Shown: positions 38,645-48,948, counted from the first letter of the stretch. The stretch is DNA of 64,000 nucleotides from Minisyncoccia bacterium (GCA_049297775.1 JBAQUX010000025.1:58835-122834); one strand, 5' to 3'. Numbers and translations: made by a program. Notes: generated by a model not told the origin, from the sequence alone.

Positions 38645-39739
38645 CTACAAACCTTCGTTGTGCAATTCATTAATGAGCTCTTTTGCTTTTTTAGAAAGTT
38701 TTTTTGGAATGTGAATAGAGACCACGACAATCAAATCACCACGGTTCCCTCCACGAATCGGAAACCCTCTGCCTTTTACGCGCACGGTTTCTCCGTGATC
38801 TACTCCTGCAGGAATATGTACGGTTACTTCTCCATCAACTGCGTGCACCACTTGTTCCTTTCCAAGAAGAGCTTCGCTCAACTTTACTTCTACTGGATGT
38901 ACAATGTCGTTTCCGCTTCGTGCAAAATGCGCATCCTCCTTAACGTGAATGCGTATATATAAATCCCCCGGCACTCCTCCGGCGACTGCTTCTCCCTTCC
39001 CATTCATGCGGAGCATCTCTTCGCTTTGAATACCTGCGGGGATGTTCATAGTTATCTTTTCTTCCTGCTTGTAGACTTTTTGTCCTCTGCACGTACCACA
39101 CTTTTCTTTAGGGATTGTTCCCACGCCACCACATGTGTCACACTCTCGCACCTGCGCAAAAGTACCAAGGATGGTTCGTCGAGATTCTTGTATCTGTCCC
39201 TTACCATCGCATGTCGCACACTTGGTTGTCTCAGCAGTCTTGCCTCCCGTACCCTTACAGGTCTCACACGATGCAATTTTGTTTATCAGGACCACACGCT
39301 CAACACCGAAGAGTGACTCCTTGAAGGTAATCTGCACATCAACAGAAATATCTCGCCCCTTCTTCTGTCCGCGTCGCTGACCTCTGCCTCCACCGCCAAA
39401 AAATTCTCCGAACATATCTCCCAAATCAAACTCGACACCACCACCATTCGTAAATTGAGAAAAATCAAAGCCTTCAAAACCAGACGCACCGCCAAAACCT
39501 CCTGAAGCTCCGCCACCCTGTGGTCCTGCACCATTAAATGACTGACCGTACCGGTCATACTCTGCACGACGTGTCGCATCACTTAACACACTATATGCCT
39601 CACTTATTTCTTTAAATTTTTTTTCATCACCACCTTTTTTGTCTGGATGGTATTGCTGGGCAAGTTTTCTAAATGCCTTCTTAATATCATCATCTGATGC
39701 ATTTTTTGCTACGCCGAGTGTATCGTAAAAGTTTTTCAT
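38645..39739 (-). CDS. dnaJ: Chaperone DnaJ
   Basis: J-domain with HPD (QQYHPDK), G/F-rich region, four CxxCxGxG zinc-finger repeats (CETCKGTG, CATCDGKG, CDTCGGVG, CGTCRGQK). Confidence 0.9.
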   Translation of the reverse strand: MKNFYDTLGVAKNASDDDIKKAFRKLAQQYHPDKKGGDEKKFKEISEAYSVLSDATRRAEYDRYGQSFNGAGPQGGGASGGFGGASGFEGFDFSQFTNGGGVEFDLGDMFGEFFGGGGRGQRRGQKKGRDISVDVQITFKESLFGVERVVLINKIASCETCKGTGGKTAETTKCATCDGKGQIQESRRTILGTFAQVRECDTCGGVGTIPKEKCGTCRGQKVYKQEEKITMNIPAGIQSEEMLRMNGKGEAVAGGVPGDLYIRIHVKEDAHFARSGNDIVHPVEVKLSEALLGKEQVVHAVDGEVTVHIPAGVDHGETVRVKGRGFPIRGGNRGDLIVVVSIHIPKKLSKKAKELINELHNEGL

Positions 39740-39751
39740 AGTGGTTGTGTA

Positions 39752-40897
39752 TTACTGCTGTTTGTTTGTGTCATGTGCGAGCTGGTTCAGCATGTGCCCT
39801 ACCATATCTTGTCCATCAGATGTTGCAAGTGCATCATTATGTCGTCCACTCACTGTTGCAAAGCGATCAGGGAGCACTCCAGATTTTTTTAATTTTTCAC
39901 GTATCTCATCCCCTGGGAAGAGCCCTTCGTCGTGCGCAACGATAACCCCCACATGATGCCCCTTTTGCTGTAGCAATTTGATATGCGTGCGAATATCTGC
40001 GTTATGCATCACCCCAATTGATTCCCATGCGAGTACCGGATGCTTCACTACATTAGTTAGTGCTTCTTTAAAAACTGCACGTAATGCTTGTGGCAATTGT
40101 CCATTTGAAAACCCACGAGGTATATCTCCGAGTAACTCTGCGTTATATTTAAACGCGAGTCGCGCACGAGATACTGCCGAGTGCATCAACTGAGCGGTGA
40201 GTGAGCGCTTTTTTGTATCATCGTCCTCTGCTGTTGTTATTCCCAATGGGTCAAGGAGAACCACTGAGCGTACGGCTTCTGAACGTTCTACACCATAGAG
40301 TGCTGTATAAAACGCACCCTCGGAATGCCCCACAATATCTGCTTGCTCAATTTTTTTTCCTGAGAACACTGCATCGAGCAATGCAATTTTTCGTAATTCT
40401 GGGTACGGGATTCTTTTTCCCATTTCTTTCTGTAGGTGTGTTGCCTCAATTCCTACCGGTGCATTAAATGCAATGACTCGTCGCCCACCCGTTCGGCCGT
40501 GTCGCATGTTCGCACTTTCCTCTTCTTTTGGCTCAGCGTGAAATTCTGCCTGTGGGTCTACCTGTGGCGAAACAGTTTCTGTGTGTGGAGTTTTGCGTAA
40601 CAGCTGACCTGCAGAAATACCGCGCGCGAGTGCTGCGTAGGGATAGCCACTCGTCATCCAGCCACTCGCTATAACCACAGGGACCGGATTTATGTTTTCA
40701 GAATTTTTTGGATTCCATTCATGCACTTCTATAATTTGTCCGTCTGGAAGGGTCAACTGTGCGACCGTATGGACGGTTTCAAGCGCGTTCTGATCTTCTA
40801 CCACTTCTTCAGGTGCCACATGAATCTGCCTGCTTCCGTTATATCTATCAGTCGTATAGAGTCCTGGTTTTGTACCTATAGTCATTCGTTCACGCAT
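39752..40897 (-). CDS. Alpha/beta-hydrolase-fold protein (esterase/lipase-like)
   Basis: GHSEG nucleophile elbow (IVGHSEGAFYTALYG); ~380 aa. Confidence 0.5.
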   Translation of the reverse strand: MRERMTIGTKPGLYTTDRYNGSRQIHVAPEEVVEDQNALETVHTVAQLTLPDGQIIEVHEWNPKNSENINPVPVVIASGWMTSGYPYAALARGISAGQLLRKTPHTETVSPQVDPQAEFHAEPKEEESANMRHGRTGGRRVIAFNAPVGIEATHLQKEMGKRIPYPELRKIALLDAVFSGKKIEQADIVGHSEGAFYTALYGVERSEAVRSVVLLDPLGITTAEDDDTKKRSLTAQLMHSAVSRARLAFKYNAELLGDIPRGFSNGQLPQALRAVFKEALTNVVKHPVLAWESIGVMHNADIRTHIKLLQQKGHHVGVIVAHDEGLFPGDEIREKLKKSGVLPDRFATVSGRHNDALATSDGQDMVGHMLNQLAHDTNKQQ

Positions 40898-40906
40898 ACT
40901 ATGTTA

Positions 40907-42154
40907 TTAATTTTTTACCAAGACCGCTACCTTTTGTTTGCCACGCTTGATAAGCGCCAGACCATTCGCAAAAAAATCATTCTCGTGCAATAGCTTTTGT
41001 ACATCTGATACTCGTTCAGCATTGTTCATAAGAATCGCATTACTCTCAATGAACTGCCGTGCCTCGCGCTTTGATGAGGCAAGACCTGTAGTGACGAGTA
41101 CGTCTGTAAGCGCGTCACCAATTGCAACAGCGGTGTGTGGCGCAGATTTCAAGAATAGAGAGACATCAGTAACGGACTCAACGCTCACGTCACCAAACAA
41201 TATCTGAGTGATGTGTTGCGCAGATTCTGCCTCAGCTTTCCCATGTATGAATGCGGTAACTTCGTATGCGAGCTTCCGCTGTGCACTACGCTTACCTTTA
41301 TCTGCAGTGTGGTCAAGTTCAATTTCTGAAATTTCATCAAGCGAGAGGAGTGTAAAAATCTTTAGATAATCAATGACACTCTCATCTGAACTGTTTAACC
41401 AAAATTGATAGAACGCGTAGGGCGATGTTTTTTCTGCATCAAGCCATACCGCGTTACCTTCACTTTTACCAAACTTTTTCCCTGTCGCCTTATCTACAAT
41501 AAGTGGCATCGTAAGCGCGTATGCGGTCTTTCCTTCTTTGCGACGAATTAAATCTACTCCTGCGACGATATTTCCCCACTGGTCGGAGCCACCGATTTGT
41601 AAGTCACATCCCTGTTCACGATTAAGGTGCAGGTAGTCATACGCTTGTAGTAATGGGTACGAAAATTCTGTGTATGAAATGCCATCATCACTCTGCAGGC
41701 GTGTAGCTATAGCATCTTTCTTCATTAAGTTATTTACCGTGAAGTGCTTACCGATATCGCGCAAAAATTCTATCAAGCCTAACTTGCCAAGCCAGTCGTA
41801 ATTATCTACCACTACAAGCTCTGGAATGTTTAACACCTTCTCTGCTTGCTTCTTGAGCTTGTCTACACGTCGCGCAATTTCATCTCTGGGCAAGAGCGGG
41901 CGCTCAACATCGGGCTTTGGATCGCCAATCATTCCTGTACCACCTCCGGCGAGCATGATTACTTTGTGCCCTGCATCTGCTAAGTGACGCATGAGCATGT
42001 AGCCCACCAAGTTTCCTGCGTGGATGGAATCAGCAGTAGGATCGACTCCAAAATATACCGTACGCTTTTCTGGCGCATCAGTAATGTCTGACAATTTCTC
42101 TGCAGAAAATTGATTGACGAATCCGCGAGTAGTAAGTATGTGTGCGAGTGACAT
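40907..42154 (-). CDS. tyrS: Tyrosyl-tRNA synthetase
   Basis: YFGVDPTADSIHAGNLVG (HIGH region), KFGKSEGN (KMSKS), C-terminal S4-like domain. Confidence 0.9.
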   Translation of the reverse strand: MSLAHILTTRGFVNQFSAEKLSDITDAPEKRTVYFGVDPTADSIHAGNLVGYMLMRHLADAGHKVIMLAGGGTGMIGDPKPDVERPLLPRDEIARRVDKLKKQAEKVLNIPELVVVDNYDWLGKLGLIEFLRDIGKHFTVNNLMKKDAIATRLQSDDGISYTEFSYPLLQAYDYLHLNREQGCDLQIGGSDQWGNIVAGVDLIRRKEGKTAYALTMPLIVDKATGKKFGKSEGNAVWLDAEKTSPYAFYQFWLNSSDESVIDYLKIFTLLSLDEISEIELDHTADKGKRSAQRKLAYEVTAFIHGKAEAESAQHITQILFGDVSVESVTDVSLFLKSAPHTAVAIGDALTDVLVTTGLASSKREARQFIESNAILMNNAERVSDVQKLLHENDFFANGLALIKRGKQKVAVLVKN

Positions 42155-42253
42155 GGTGCCTAGTATACTATGTGCGCGCTAAAGTTAAAATAATTTGTTT
42201 TTGGCATTTGAGGTGGTATAACACGTGCAGTTCAACAGTAGAGGGGTACGCCG

Positions 42254-42385
42254 ATGCGGCGCATAGCTTTGAACTGCGGAATTCTCCTGTTTGTCATCAC
42301 CTGTAGCGGATGTACCATGACTGGTCGTATCTTCTATGAGTTCCCCGGCGGTCCAACCGCTGAGATAAAAATTTCAAACAAGTGA
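42254..42385 (+). CDS. Small (43 aa) putative secreted/lipo-peptide ORF
   Basis: ATG preceded by GAGGGG 7 nt upstream. MRRIALNCGILLFVITCSGCTM... has a signal-like N-terminus. Followed by a clean rho-independent terminator. Not in the ORF track (<60 aa). Confidence 0.3.
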   Translation: MRRIALNCGILLFVITCSGCTMTGRIFYEFPGGPTAEIKISNK

Positions 42386-42393
42386 TTCTGCGC

Positions 42394-42434
42394 GTGCACC
42401 GACCCTCGTTTTTCGTACGGTGCACGTTTTTTAT
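42394..42434 (+). terminator. Rho-independent terminator (cgtgcaccg...cggtgcacg + TTTTTTAT)
   Basis: Perfect 9-bp stem with a 16-nt loop and a 7-T run, seen directly. Confidence 0.6.
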
Positions 42435-42512
42435 ACTGATTCTACACGCGCTCGATGCATTGCATTTTTTGCGTAACTATGATGAAATCTCGGTCCACGT
42501 GTCTGAAGGGAG

Positions 42513-42734
42513 ATGTTCATGACGTCAAGACAACATGGAGCTATCACGGCGATGGCTATTGCGTTAATACTGTTGGTTCACGGGAGTGGGTACAACCTCA
42601 CTACCGAGCTTGGATGGAGACGGTTGACCGACTTTCTCCCCCCACCTCACGAAGTTAACTTCGTGGCAATAGTGCTTTCGGCATTTCTTGCGGGAGTCGC
42701 GCTCATTTTGCGATTTGGTCCGCAAGAAAACTAA
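42513..42734 (+). CDS. Small (73 aa) two-TM membrane protein
   Basis: SD GAAGGGAG 5 nt before the ATG; two hydrophobic helices; followed by a terminator. Confidence 0.45.
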   Translation: MFMTSRQHGAITAMAIALILLVHGSGYNLTTELGWRRLTDFLPPPHEVNFVAIVLSAFLAGVALILRFGPQEN

Positions 42735-42757
42735 ACTGACCCCACAGGGTTGGTCTG

Positions 42758-42798
42758 GCCGACGCGAGAGCCCTTCTCTCGCTTCGGTCATTTTTATT
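42758..42798 (+). terminator. Rho-independent terminator (gccgacgcgagag-ccctt-ctctcgcttcggtc + ATTTTTATT)
   Basis: Imperfect 13-bp stem and a T-run, seen directly. Confidence 0.45.
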
Positions 42799-42800
42799 AC

Positions 42801-43082
42801 CTACACGAGCGAACGCCAGCCACCGCCATTGTGTGCATCTATGCCATGCGCCATAAGTACACCTACCGCAATACCACTACGCCCTCCAGAGAGACACACT
42901 ACGACGACTGGTTTGTCCCAAGACTTAATTTCATCAATCATTTTGTGCACGTCTTGTAATGGAATATTTTTTGAGCCGGGAACATTTCCTTCAGAAAACT
43001 CTTGAGGAGAGCGCACATCTATAACAATCGCGCCCTCACTCAATAATTTTTCAAAACTTTGCTTTTTCCCGAAACCAAACAT
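42801..43082 (-). CDS. Single-domain rhodanese-like sulfurtransferase
   Basis: 93 aa; active-site loop VVVVCLSGGRSG (CxxGxR). Confidence 0.75.
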   Translation of the reverse strand: MFGFGKKQSFEKLLSEGAIVIDVRSPQEFSEGNVPGSKNIPLQDVHKMIDEIKSWDKPVVVVCLSGGRSGIAVGVLMAHGIDAHNGGGWRSLV

Positions 43083-43084
43083 AT

Positions 43085-44965
43085 CTAGACCTCCTTTGCA
43101 CCCTCTGCGCCGTCTGGTGTTCCTGTTTGTGGCTCACCTTGAGCTCCTGCACCATCTGCTGATGCTTCTGGTTGCATTGCTGGACCAATTTTTTGCATCG
43201 CCATACCAAGTGCCTCTGTGGCATTCTTCATTGCCTCAAGCTCTCCGCCGGCGAGTGCTGTCTTTAATTCGGTGATTTTTCCTTCTACTTCTGTTTTTAC
43301 ATCTGCAGGCACTTTTTCACCGTGCTCCTTCAAAGACTTCTCTGCTTGATAAAGCACCTGTTCTCCAAAGTTCTTTGCTTCGACAGCATCCTTTTTCTTC
43401 TTGTCTTCATCTGCATACTTTTCAGCGTCCTTGGTCATTTTTTCTACTTCTTCTTTTGAAAGTCCTGAACTTCCCTTAATTTCAATAGTCTGCTTCTTAC
43501 CGGATGCCTTTTCTACGGCTGACACTTTCAAGATACCGTTTGCATCAATATCAAATGTCACCTCCACCTGTGGTACACCGCGTGGTGCTGGTGGAATACC
43601 ATCAAGCACGAAACGTCCGAGTGAGCGGTTGTCTGCTGCCATTTCTCGCTCTCCTTGCACGACGTTAATTTCTACTGATGGCTGATTGTCTGCTGCAGTA
43701 GAAAATACCTGTGACTTACTTGTAGGAATAGTCGTGTTGCGCATGATGAGCTTTGTAGCGATAGAACCCATTGTTTCAATACCGAGTGAGAGTGGTGTCA
43801 CATCGAGCAAGAGCACATCCTTCACATCACCTTGCAAAATACCTGCTTGAATTGCTGCACCCACTGCCACCACTTCGTCTGGGTTAATACTCTTGTTTGG
43901 CTCTTTGCCAAAGTAGTTTTTAACCGCATCAGCAATAGCTGGCATGCGTGTTTGTCCACCCACCAAGATAACTTGGTTAATGTCTGTAACTGAGAATCCT
44001 GAAGATTGAAGCGTGTCCTTAGTAATCTTCATTGAGCGCTCAATAAACTCACTGGTAAGCTCTTCGAGTTTTGAGCGTGAGAGTTTCATTAACAAGTGCT
44101 GTGGACCTTCTGTAGATGACGTAATGAATGGAATGTTGATTTCACTTTCTGCAGTAGTAGAAAGTTCAATTTTTGCTTTCTCCGCTGCTTCGTCAATACG
44201 TTGTAACGCGAGCGCGTCCTTACCTACATCAATACCGCTTTGCTTTTTAAATTCATCTACCACGTAGCGAATTATTTTTTGGTCAATGTCGCGTCCACCC
44301 ATATGTGAGTCACCCCCGGTAGACTTAACTTCAATAACATCATCACCTACTTCAAGTACTGACACGTCGAACGTACCGCCACCAAAGTCATACACGATTA
44401 TTTTTTCTTCCTTCTTTGAGTTAAAGCCGTATGCGAGTGCTGCTGCTGTTGGCTCGTTAATGATGCGCTTTACATCAAGTCCTGCAATTGCTCCCGCATC
44501 CTTTGTTGCTTTGCGCTGGTCGTCGTTAAAGTATGCAGGAACGGTAATTACTGCTTCAGTAATTTTTTCTCCCGTCTTTGCCTCTGCGTCTGCCTTCAGC
44601 TTTGCCAAAACCATTGCAGAAATTTCTTCTGGGCGGTAGTCCTTGTCGCCAATGGTGACGAGCACACCACCATCTGGCCCTGCCTTCAGTGCATACGGTA
44701 CGGTGCCAATATCTTTTTGCACTTCTGCGTCAGAAAACTTGTGCCCGATGTAGCGCTTGATGCCGTAAATAGTGTTTTTTGGGTTGGTGACTGATTGTCT
44801 GCGAGCAATAACACCCACGAGTCTGTCGCCACTTTTAGAAATACCTACCACAGATGGTGTGGTGCGTGCTCCTTCACTGTTTTCAAGTATGGTTGGTTGT
44901 CCTGCCTGAATGATAGCCGTTGCAGAGTTTGTTGTTCCTAAGTCTATACCAAGAATTTTTGACAT
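43085..44965 (-). CDS. dnaK: Chaperone DnaK (Hsp70)
   Basis: [19 protein letters not shown]..., full-length Hsp70 with a C-terminal lid. Confidence 0.95.
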   Translation of the reverse strand: MSKILGIDLGTTNSATAIIQAGQPTILENSEGARTTPSVVGISKSGDRLVGVIARRQSVTNPKNTIYGIKRYIGHKFSDAEVQKDIGTVPYALKAGPDGGVLVTIGDKDYRPEEISAMVLAKLKADAEAKTGEKITEAVITVPAYFNDDQRKATKDAGAIAGLDVKRIINEPTAAALAYGFNSKKEEKIIVYDFGGGTFDVSVLEVGDDVIEVKSTGGDSHMGGRDIDQKIIRYVVDEFKKQSGIDVGKDALALQRIDEAAEKAKIELSTTAESEINIPFITSSTEGPQHLLMKLSRSKLEELTSEFIERSMKITKDTLQSSGFSVTDINQVILVGGQTRMPAIADAVKNYFGKEPNKSINPDEVVAVGAAIQAGILQGDVKDVLLLDVTPLSLGIETMGSIATKLIMRNTTIPTSKSQVFSTAADNQPSVEINVVQGEREMAADNRSLGRFVLDGIPPAPRGVPQVEVTFDIDANGILKVSAVEKASGKKQTIEIKGSSGLSKEEVEKMTKDAEKYADEDKKKKDAVEAKNFGEQVLYQAEKSLKEHGEKVPADVKTEVEGKITELKTALAGGELEAMKNATEALGMAMQKIGPAMQPEASADGAGAQGEPQTGTPDGAEGAKEV

Positions 44966-44995
44966 ATATATTTTATTAAATGCTAATGTACCGGT

Positions 44996-45024
44996 ATTCT
45001 AAAACGCTCCTGCAAATTATGCAA
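44996..45024 (-). promoter_or_regulatory. Putative sigma70-type promoter for dnaK (TTGCAT-17 nt-TAGAAT)
   Basis: Read on the minus strand ~30 nt upstream of the dnaK ATG. No CIRCE inverted repeat was found. Confidence 0.35.
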
Positions 45025-45089
45025 GGGGGGTATTTACAGGAGTGTCTTCATCCCACCTTCAGAAAATTTTGTACAAGAAATGCACGTGG

Positions 45090-47423
45090 TTACTTAGTAA
45101 CTATCACCATCGTACCGGTGGGCACGATATTCATGAGCTCATTTATTTTTGCATTTTCCACCCGCACACAGCCATTACTCACCTCTCCTGTCATACCGCC
45201 ATCTGGAGAACCGTGTATGGCAATTTCTGGATGCCACTGTCCCGCAAGCACAAGCATGCCTCCTACTTGTCCGCCGTATTCCTTTGGAAATGGTTGCCCT
45301 TTATTTTGAAGCCACCATTGTGCATCACGCTTTCCGACGAGTTGGTATGTTCCTGTAGGTGTAACGTGGTCGCCAATATATCTACGTTCATTTACTCCGC
45401 CCTTACCTATCGCAATATCAAAATTTTGTTCGAGCGCACCCGTTTTTCTATTATAAATCCACAAGTGTCGTGCACTCTTATCAATCACAATCATTTTTTC
45501 CGGACCTTTTTCTGCCTCTGCATATTTTTCTAACACCGTCGGCACGTTGACGCGCCATAAACTAAGCACAAAGTTTTTTGTTGCCTTTGCCACCGCAGAC
45601 GGAAATGATTGGTCAGGGAGCTTGGGCGATTTTGCTCTGTCTTTTGTGGTAAACGGCCACTGGTTAGAAAAGAGTGAATTTTTAAGTACGTCCCACGTCG
45701 TTGGGTTATACATCTCTGGCTTCATCACGTAATAGTCTTCGCCACGTATCACTTGCTTCGTCATAAAGCCAAGACGCACATGCAAATCGAGAACCTTCGT
45801 GGCGATTCTGTTGAGGTCTACTTCAGTTAAATCGGGCACGCCGTCTTTGTTTAAATCAACACCCTCTTTCATGTACTTCACCACGTCACTAATGATACGT
45901 CGCTCTTCTCCGGCGATACCACGAATAAACGCGATGTGGTTACCCGAGGCAAGTGCCTGGTGTACGGCAAGTGCACGCTCTTCAAAACTACGCGCCGGTT
46001 GTGCGCGTGCGTGCTCAGCAATAAATGCTCGTGATGATTCCATGCTGAGGTCGTCAGTTACGGCGACACCTTGAAGCCCAAGACCTGTTTTACTTTTAGG
46101 ACCAGTGAGTGTGTGGATGGCACGACGCGAATATACAGTCGGAATTTTTGAGTCTCCCCACAAGTTGTTGCCGGTGACCGCAGTCATAATGCCCCCAATC
46201 GGTGTTGGGTCGTTTGCGCGTGCGAGCAATGTGTTTATCTGCGCATCAAGTGTTGCCATCAAGCGCTGATTCGCTGCAATGATGACTTGTGTGCGTCCTT
46301 TTTGTGTAGGCACCGCAAGAATTTGTTTTTCATATTCAATATTTTTTGCACGCAATCGTTCTATCTGTGCGCGAAGCTCTGTGGTGCGTCGCTCTATGTA
46401 GTCATTACTCGCATCATTGTTTATCACATCACGGTATGGCACCAGCATTCCTGAGTCTCGTCGGATTACCACATTCGCCTGTTCGCGATGCGGATCTCCT
46501 TCAGCGAGGTTTGTTCCTACGAAGTGCTTGGGAACCACCACGACAGAAGTAGTATCTTTAAACCCGCGAATGTAGGCACCGGCAAGTGCAGAGACCACGT
46601 CGGGGCGCGAGCCATACGCTCTATCATCACGCTCTGCAGGACGAGAGCCATCAATATTTTCTACGATGTCGAGGTTCGGTCCAAAGACCAGGTTAATACC
46701 AGCATGCTCACAAATTTTTGCGATGGTTTTGCCATAGCCCTGCATTTCGTCCAAGAACTTTTGTCTCGCGCCATCTGTAGTGAGTCTGCTATATACGCGT
46801 CCGAGCCATTCCTGACTCGGCAGTGGATGGTCTGCTACAGCGCGTACTTTACCCGCATCACCATTATGTCTGCGTACGTAAAATTCATATTCTTTTTGTC
46901 GTTCCACCAACATGCGTTCAGGTATGCCAAATTTTCGCAGGTCTTCTTGCGTAAGTTTAAAGTGATTAATAAGTCCACCCTCAATATCAGCAGAAATAAG
47001 GACCGGATGTTTTGCTTCAAGGCGAATTTTTCTAATATTTTCTGTGGCGTCAGCGAGTGAGGTCAGTTCACTCCGGTATAAGTGTATGAGTCCCAGATTC
47101 GCACTTGAATTTCTGAGCGCAAATCCCACAGAGGGAAAACGGTTTGCCATACCTTGTGTATACCGCCCCGAATAGAGAGACGAGCCAAGTGCCAGACGCA
47201 GTTTTTCGGTAACCGGAAGTTCAGCAACAGTAAATGCATGGTTGCGAGCAATATTTTCTGTGTTCACTCCGCGTTGCCCCACTTCCATAGCACCTAAGCC
47301 TCCCGCGAAGGCAAGCGCAGTGATACCACTCCGGCGCAAGTTACGCTTAAACGGCGTGATTGGTTGCTTTGGTTGTGGCTCGTTTTTTGGCACACCTTCA
47401 GACATGTGTCTATCGTAGCACAT
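45090..47423 (-). CDS. Bifunctional peptidoglycan enzyme: glycoside hydrolase family 3 (NagZ-like beta-N-acetylhexosaminidase) N-terminal region fused to a C-terminal L,D-transpeptidase (YkuD) domain
   Basis: GH3 motifs ISADIEGGLINHF and VVPKHFVGTNLAEGDPH. C-terminal LDT motif HGSPDGGMTGEVSNGCVRVEN (His/Cys catalytic pair). Confidence 0.7.
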   Translation of the reverse strand: MCYDRHMSEGVPKNEPQPKQPITPFKRNLRRSGITALAFAGGLGAMEVGQRGVNTENIARNHAFTVAELPVTEKLRLALGSSLYSGRYTQGMANRFPSVGFALRNSSANLGLIHLYRSELTSLADATENIRKIRLEAKHPVLISADIEGGLINHFKLTQEDLRKFGIPERMLVERQKEYEFYVRRHNGDAGKVRAVADHPLPSQEWLGRVYSRLTTDGARQKFLDEMQGYGKTIAKICEHAGINLVFGPNLDIVENIDGSRPAERDDRAYGSRPDVVSALAGAYIRGFKDTTSVVVVPKHFVGTNLAEGDPHREQANVVIRRDSGMLVPYRDVINNDASNDYIERRTTELRAQIERLRAKNIEYEKQILAVPTQKGRTQVIIAANQRLMATLDAQINTLLARANDPTPIGGIMTAVTGNNLWGDSKIPTVYSRRAIHTLTGPKSKTGLGLQGVAVTDDLSMESSRAFIAEHARAQPARSFEERALAVHQALASGNHIAFIRGIAGEERRIISDVVKYMKEGVDLNKDGVPDLTEVDLNRIATKVLDLHVRLGFMTKQVIRGEDYYVMKPEMYNPTTWDVLKNSLFSNQWPFTTKDRAKSPKLPDQSFPSAVAKATKNFVLSLWRVNVPTVLEKYAEAEKGPEKMIVIDKSARHLWIYNRKTGALEQNFDIAIGKGGVNERRYIGDHVTPTGTYQLVGKRDAQWWLQNKGQPFPKEYGGQVGGMLVLAGQWHPEIAIHGSPDGGMTGEVSNGCVRVENAKINELMNIVPTGTMVIVTK

Positions 47424-47749
47424 GCATCTCTTCTAAAAATGCACTACGCACAACGCATCTGCAAAATTTCAGAGCGCCCTACCCTCGTGTGTATATATAG
47501 ATACTCAGCAACAGCGCAAGTGAGACACCAAATATCATGGAAGCTTCTCGCGCATATGGTGCGCCGAGCGCAGATACCGCTGTCGTAAAAAATACGACCA
47601 GTGCGTACCCAAGTGCAACGAGCATCAGTGTGGTGAGTATGTTTATAAATGGTTTCATCGCCTTGTTGCAATTAATAGTATATCTGTGTATATTGGTAGT
47701 AATCACCACGAAAGAGACCCTGACATGGCCCTCCATGTTGGGGGCTTTT

Positions 47750-48271
47750 TTATTTCTTGCTACTTGGTACTTTAGAAGCATATTCTAATAGTGAGCGCTG
47801 GTCGTTAATATACGCGATTGGTGCACCAGTTCTCTTAAGTAAGATGGAGCATTTCCCCGTGACCGCTGGCGACAGTATTACTTGCAATGCTGACTTCTCA
47901 ACAAGTACCTTGATGAGAGGCGCATAATCTCCGTCGCTCGCGACAATGACACATTTATTCAGCCGACCTTCATATAAGTCAGCACAGGCTTTCATAAGCA
48001 GGTCTGAGTCACAATTACCTTTTGGTATTCCATTTTGATACAAGACATCTTTAAATGCTAGTTCAAATCCGCATGCCTGCAAATGCACATACAAATTCTT
48101 GTACTTAGGAATTAAACCAATAAATATATACGCTGTATCAATTTTATACTTATCTGACAACCATACACGGAAACGTGCATAATCCAATTTCCAGTTCATC
48201 GTCGGGTCCTTAAGTGCCCTGTCTAAATTCGCTGCATCAATGTAAGCGATATTTATTTTCGATGATGACAT
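47750..48271 (-). CDS. NYN-domain (LabA/PIN-like) putative ribonuclease
   Basis: IAYIDAANLDRAL... and ...VIVASDGDYAPLI (conserved acidic residues of the NYN fold). Confidence 0.6.
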   Translation of the reverse strand: MSSSKINIAYIDAANLDRALKDPTMNWKLDYARFRVWLSDKYKIDTAYIFIGLIPKYKNLYVHLQACGFELAFKDVLYQNGIPKGNCDSDLLMKACADLYEGRLNKCVIVASDGDYAPLIKVLVEKSALQVILSPAVTGKCSILLKRTGAPIAYINDQRSLLEYASKVPSSKK

Positions 48272-48332
48272 ACTACAAATGTTACCACAGAAAAATGCTG
48301 AGAAAATTTATATGTATTTTTTACTCAAACAA

Positions 48333-48902
48333 TTATCCTAAATCAAAATGCGTGATGTACTTCTCTGTTTCGTCTATATCAATCGCAAGCACATAGCGCA
48401 CGTGCTCCTCAACATTAAAAAATTGTGAAATGGTGCGCACCTCTTCGCCACATTCAAATGGATAAATGTAGACCGAGCGTTGGTATGTGGTAAATCCCAT
48501 GTCTTCAAGTTTTTGACGGAACGAGTTTCGGACTGTGGTCATCTCCTTAGGAAAGTCGAACATGACAATGCGCCACTTTTTGTCCCAGCGCTTTGGTGCG
48601 GAAATACTGAGGTCCCAGATGGCAACTTCAGCAAGCTTTACCTTCCCTTCCTGCGTCAGCAATATGTAGTACTCGTCCCCGCGTGAGTCTATGGAGACAC
48701 GGTTTTGTTCTTCAAGGTATTTTATTGCCTTCCAGATGCGGTTACGTTCAAAGCGGTCCTGTGGCTTAAAGTAATTAATCACCTCAAAGGCGCTTGCCTC
48801 AGTCTTTGCGCCTTCGTCAAAGCCACCTTCAACAAGCCGTAAAATACTCCGCGCAAGTTCACCGCGCTCAGGCTTGGGTGCAGGCATGTGTGCCTTGGTC
48901 AT
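48333..48902 (-). CDS. Hypothetical protein: N-terminal winged helix plus C-terminal Cas2/VapD-like ferredoxin-fold region (PaaX-like architecture)
   Basis: The C-terminus WRIVMFDFPKEMTTVRNSFRQKLEDMGFTTYQRSVYIYPFECGEEV resembles the Cas2 beta-alpha-beta-beta core. The N-terminus is wHTH-like. Confidence 0.35.
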   Translation of the reverse strand: MTKAHMPAPKPERGELARSILRLVEGGFDEGAKTEASAFEVINYFKPQDRFERNRIWKAIKYLEEQNRVSIDSRGDEYYILLTQEGKVKLAEVAIWDLSISAPKRWDKKWRIVMFDFPKEMTTVRNSFRQKLEDMGFTTYQRSVYIYPFECGEEVRTISQFFNVEEHVRYVLAIDIDETEKYITHFDLG

Positions 48903-48948
48903 AAGAAGAGCCTAACACAGAGCCACGCTACAGTAAATATGATGATGC

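Noticed and set aside
44966-45089. CIRCE (HrcA) operator upstream of dnaK
   Set aside because: Only a TTAGCA half-site-like hexamer is present. There is no TTAGCACTC-N9-GAGTGCTAA inverted repeat.
47479-47788. Overlapping small membrane-protein ORFs on both strands (47479..47781 minus; 47537..47788 plus)
   Set aside because: Both encode hydrophobic peptides. The strand cannot be decided from sequence alone, although a GCCC-loop-GGGC + T-run hairpin at ~47733..47760 slightly favours a plus-strand transcript. Left unannotated.
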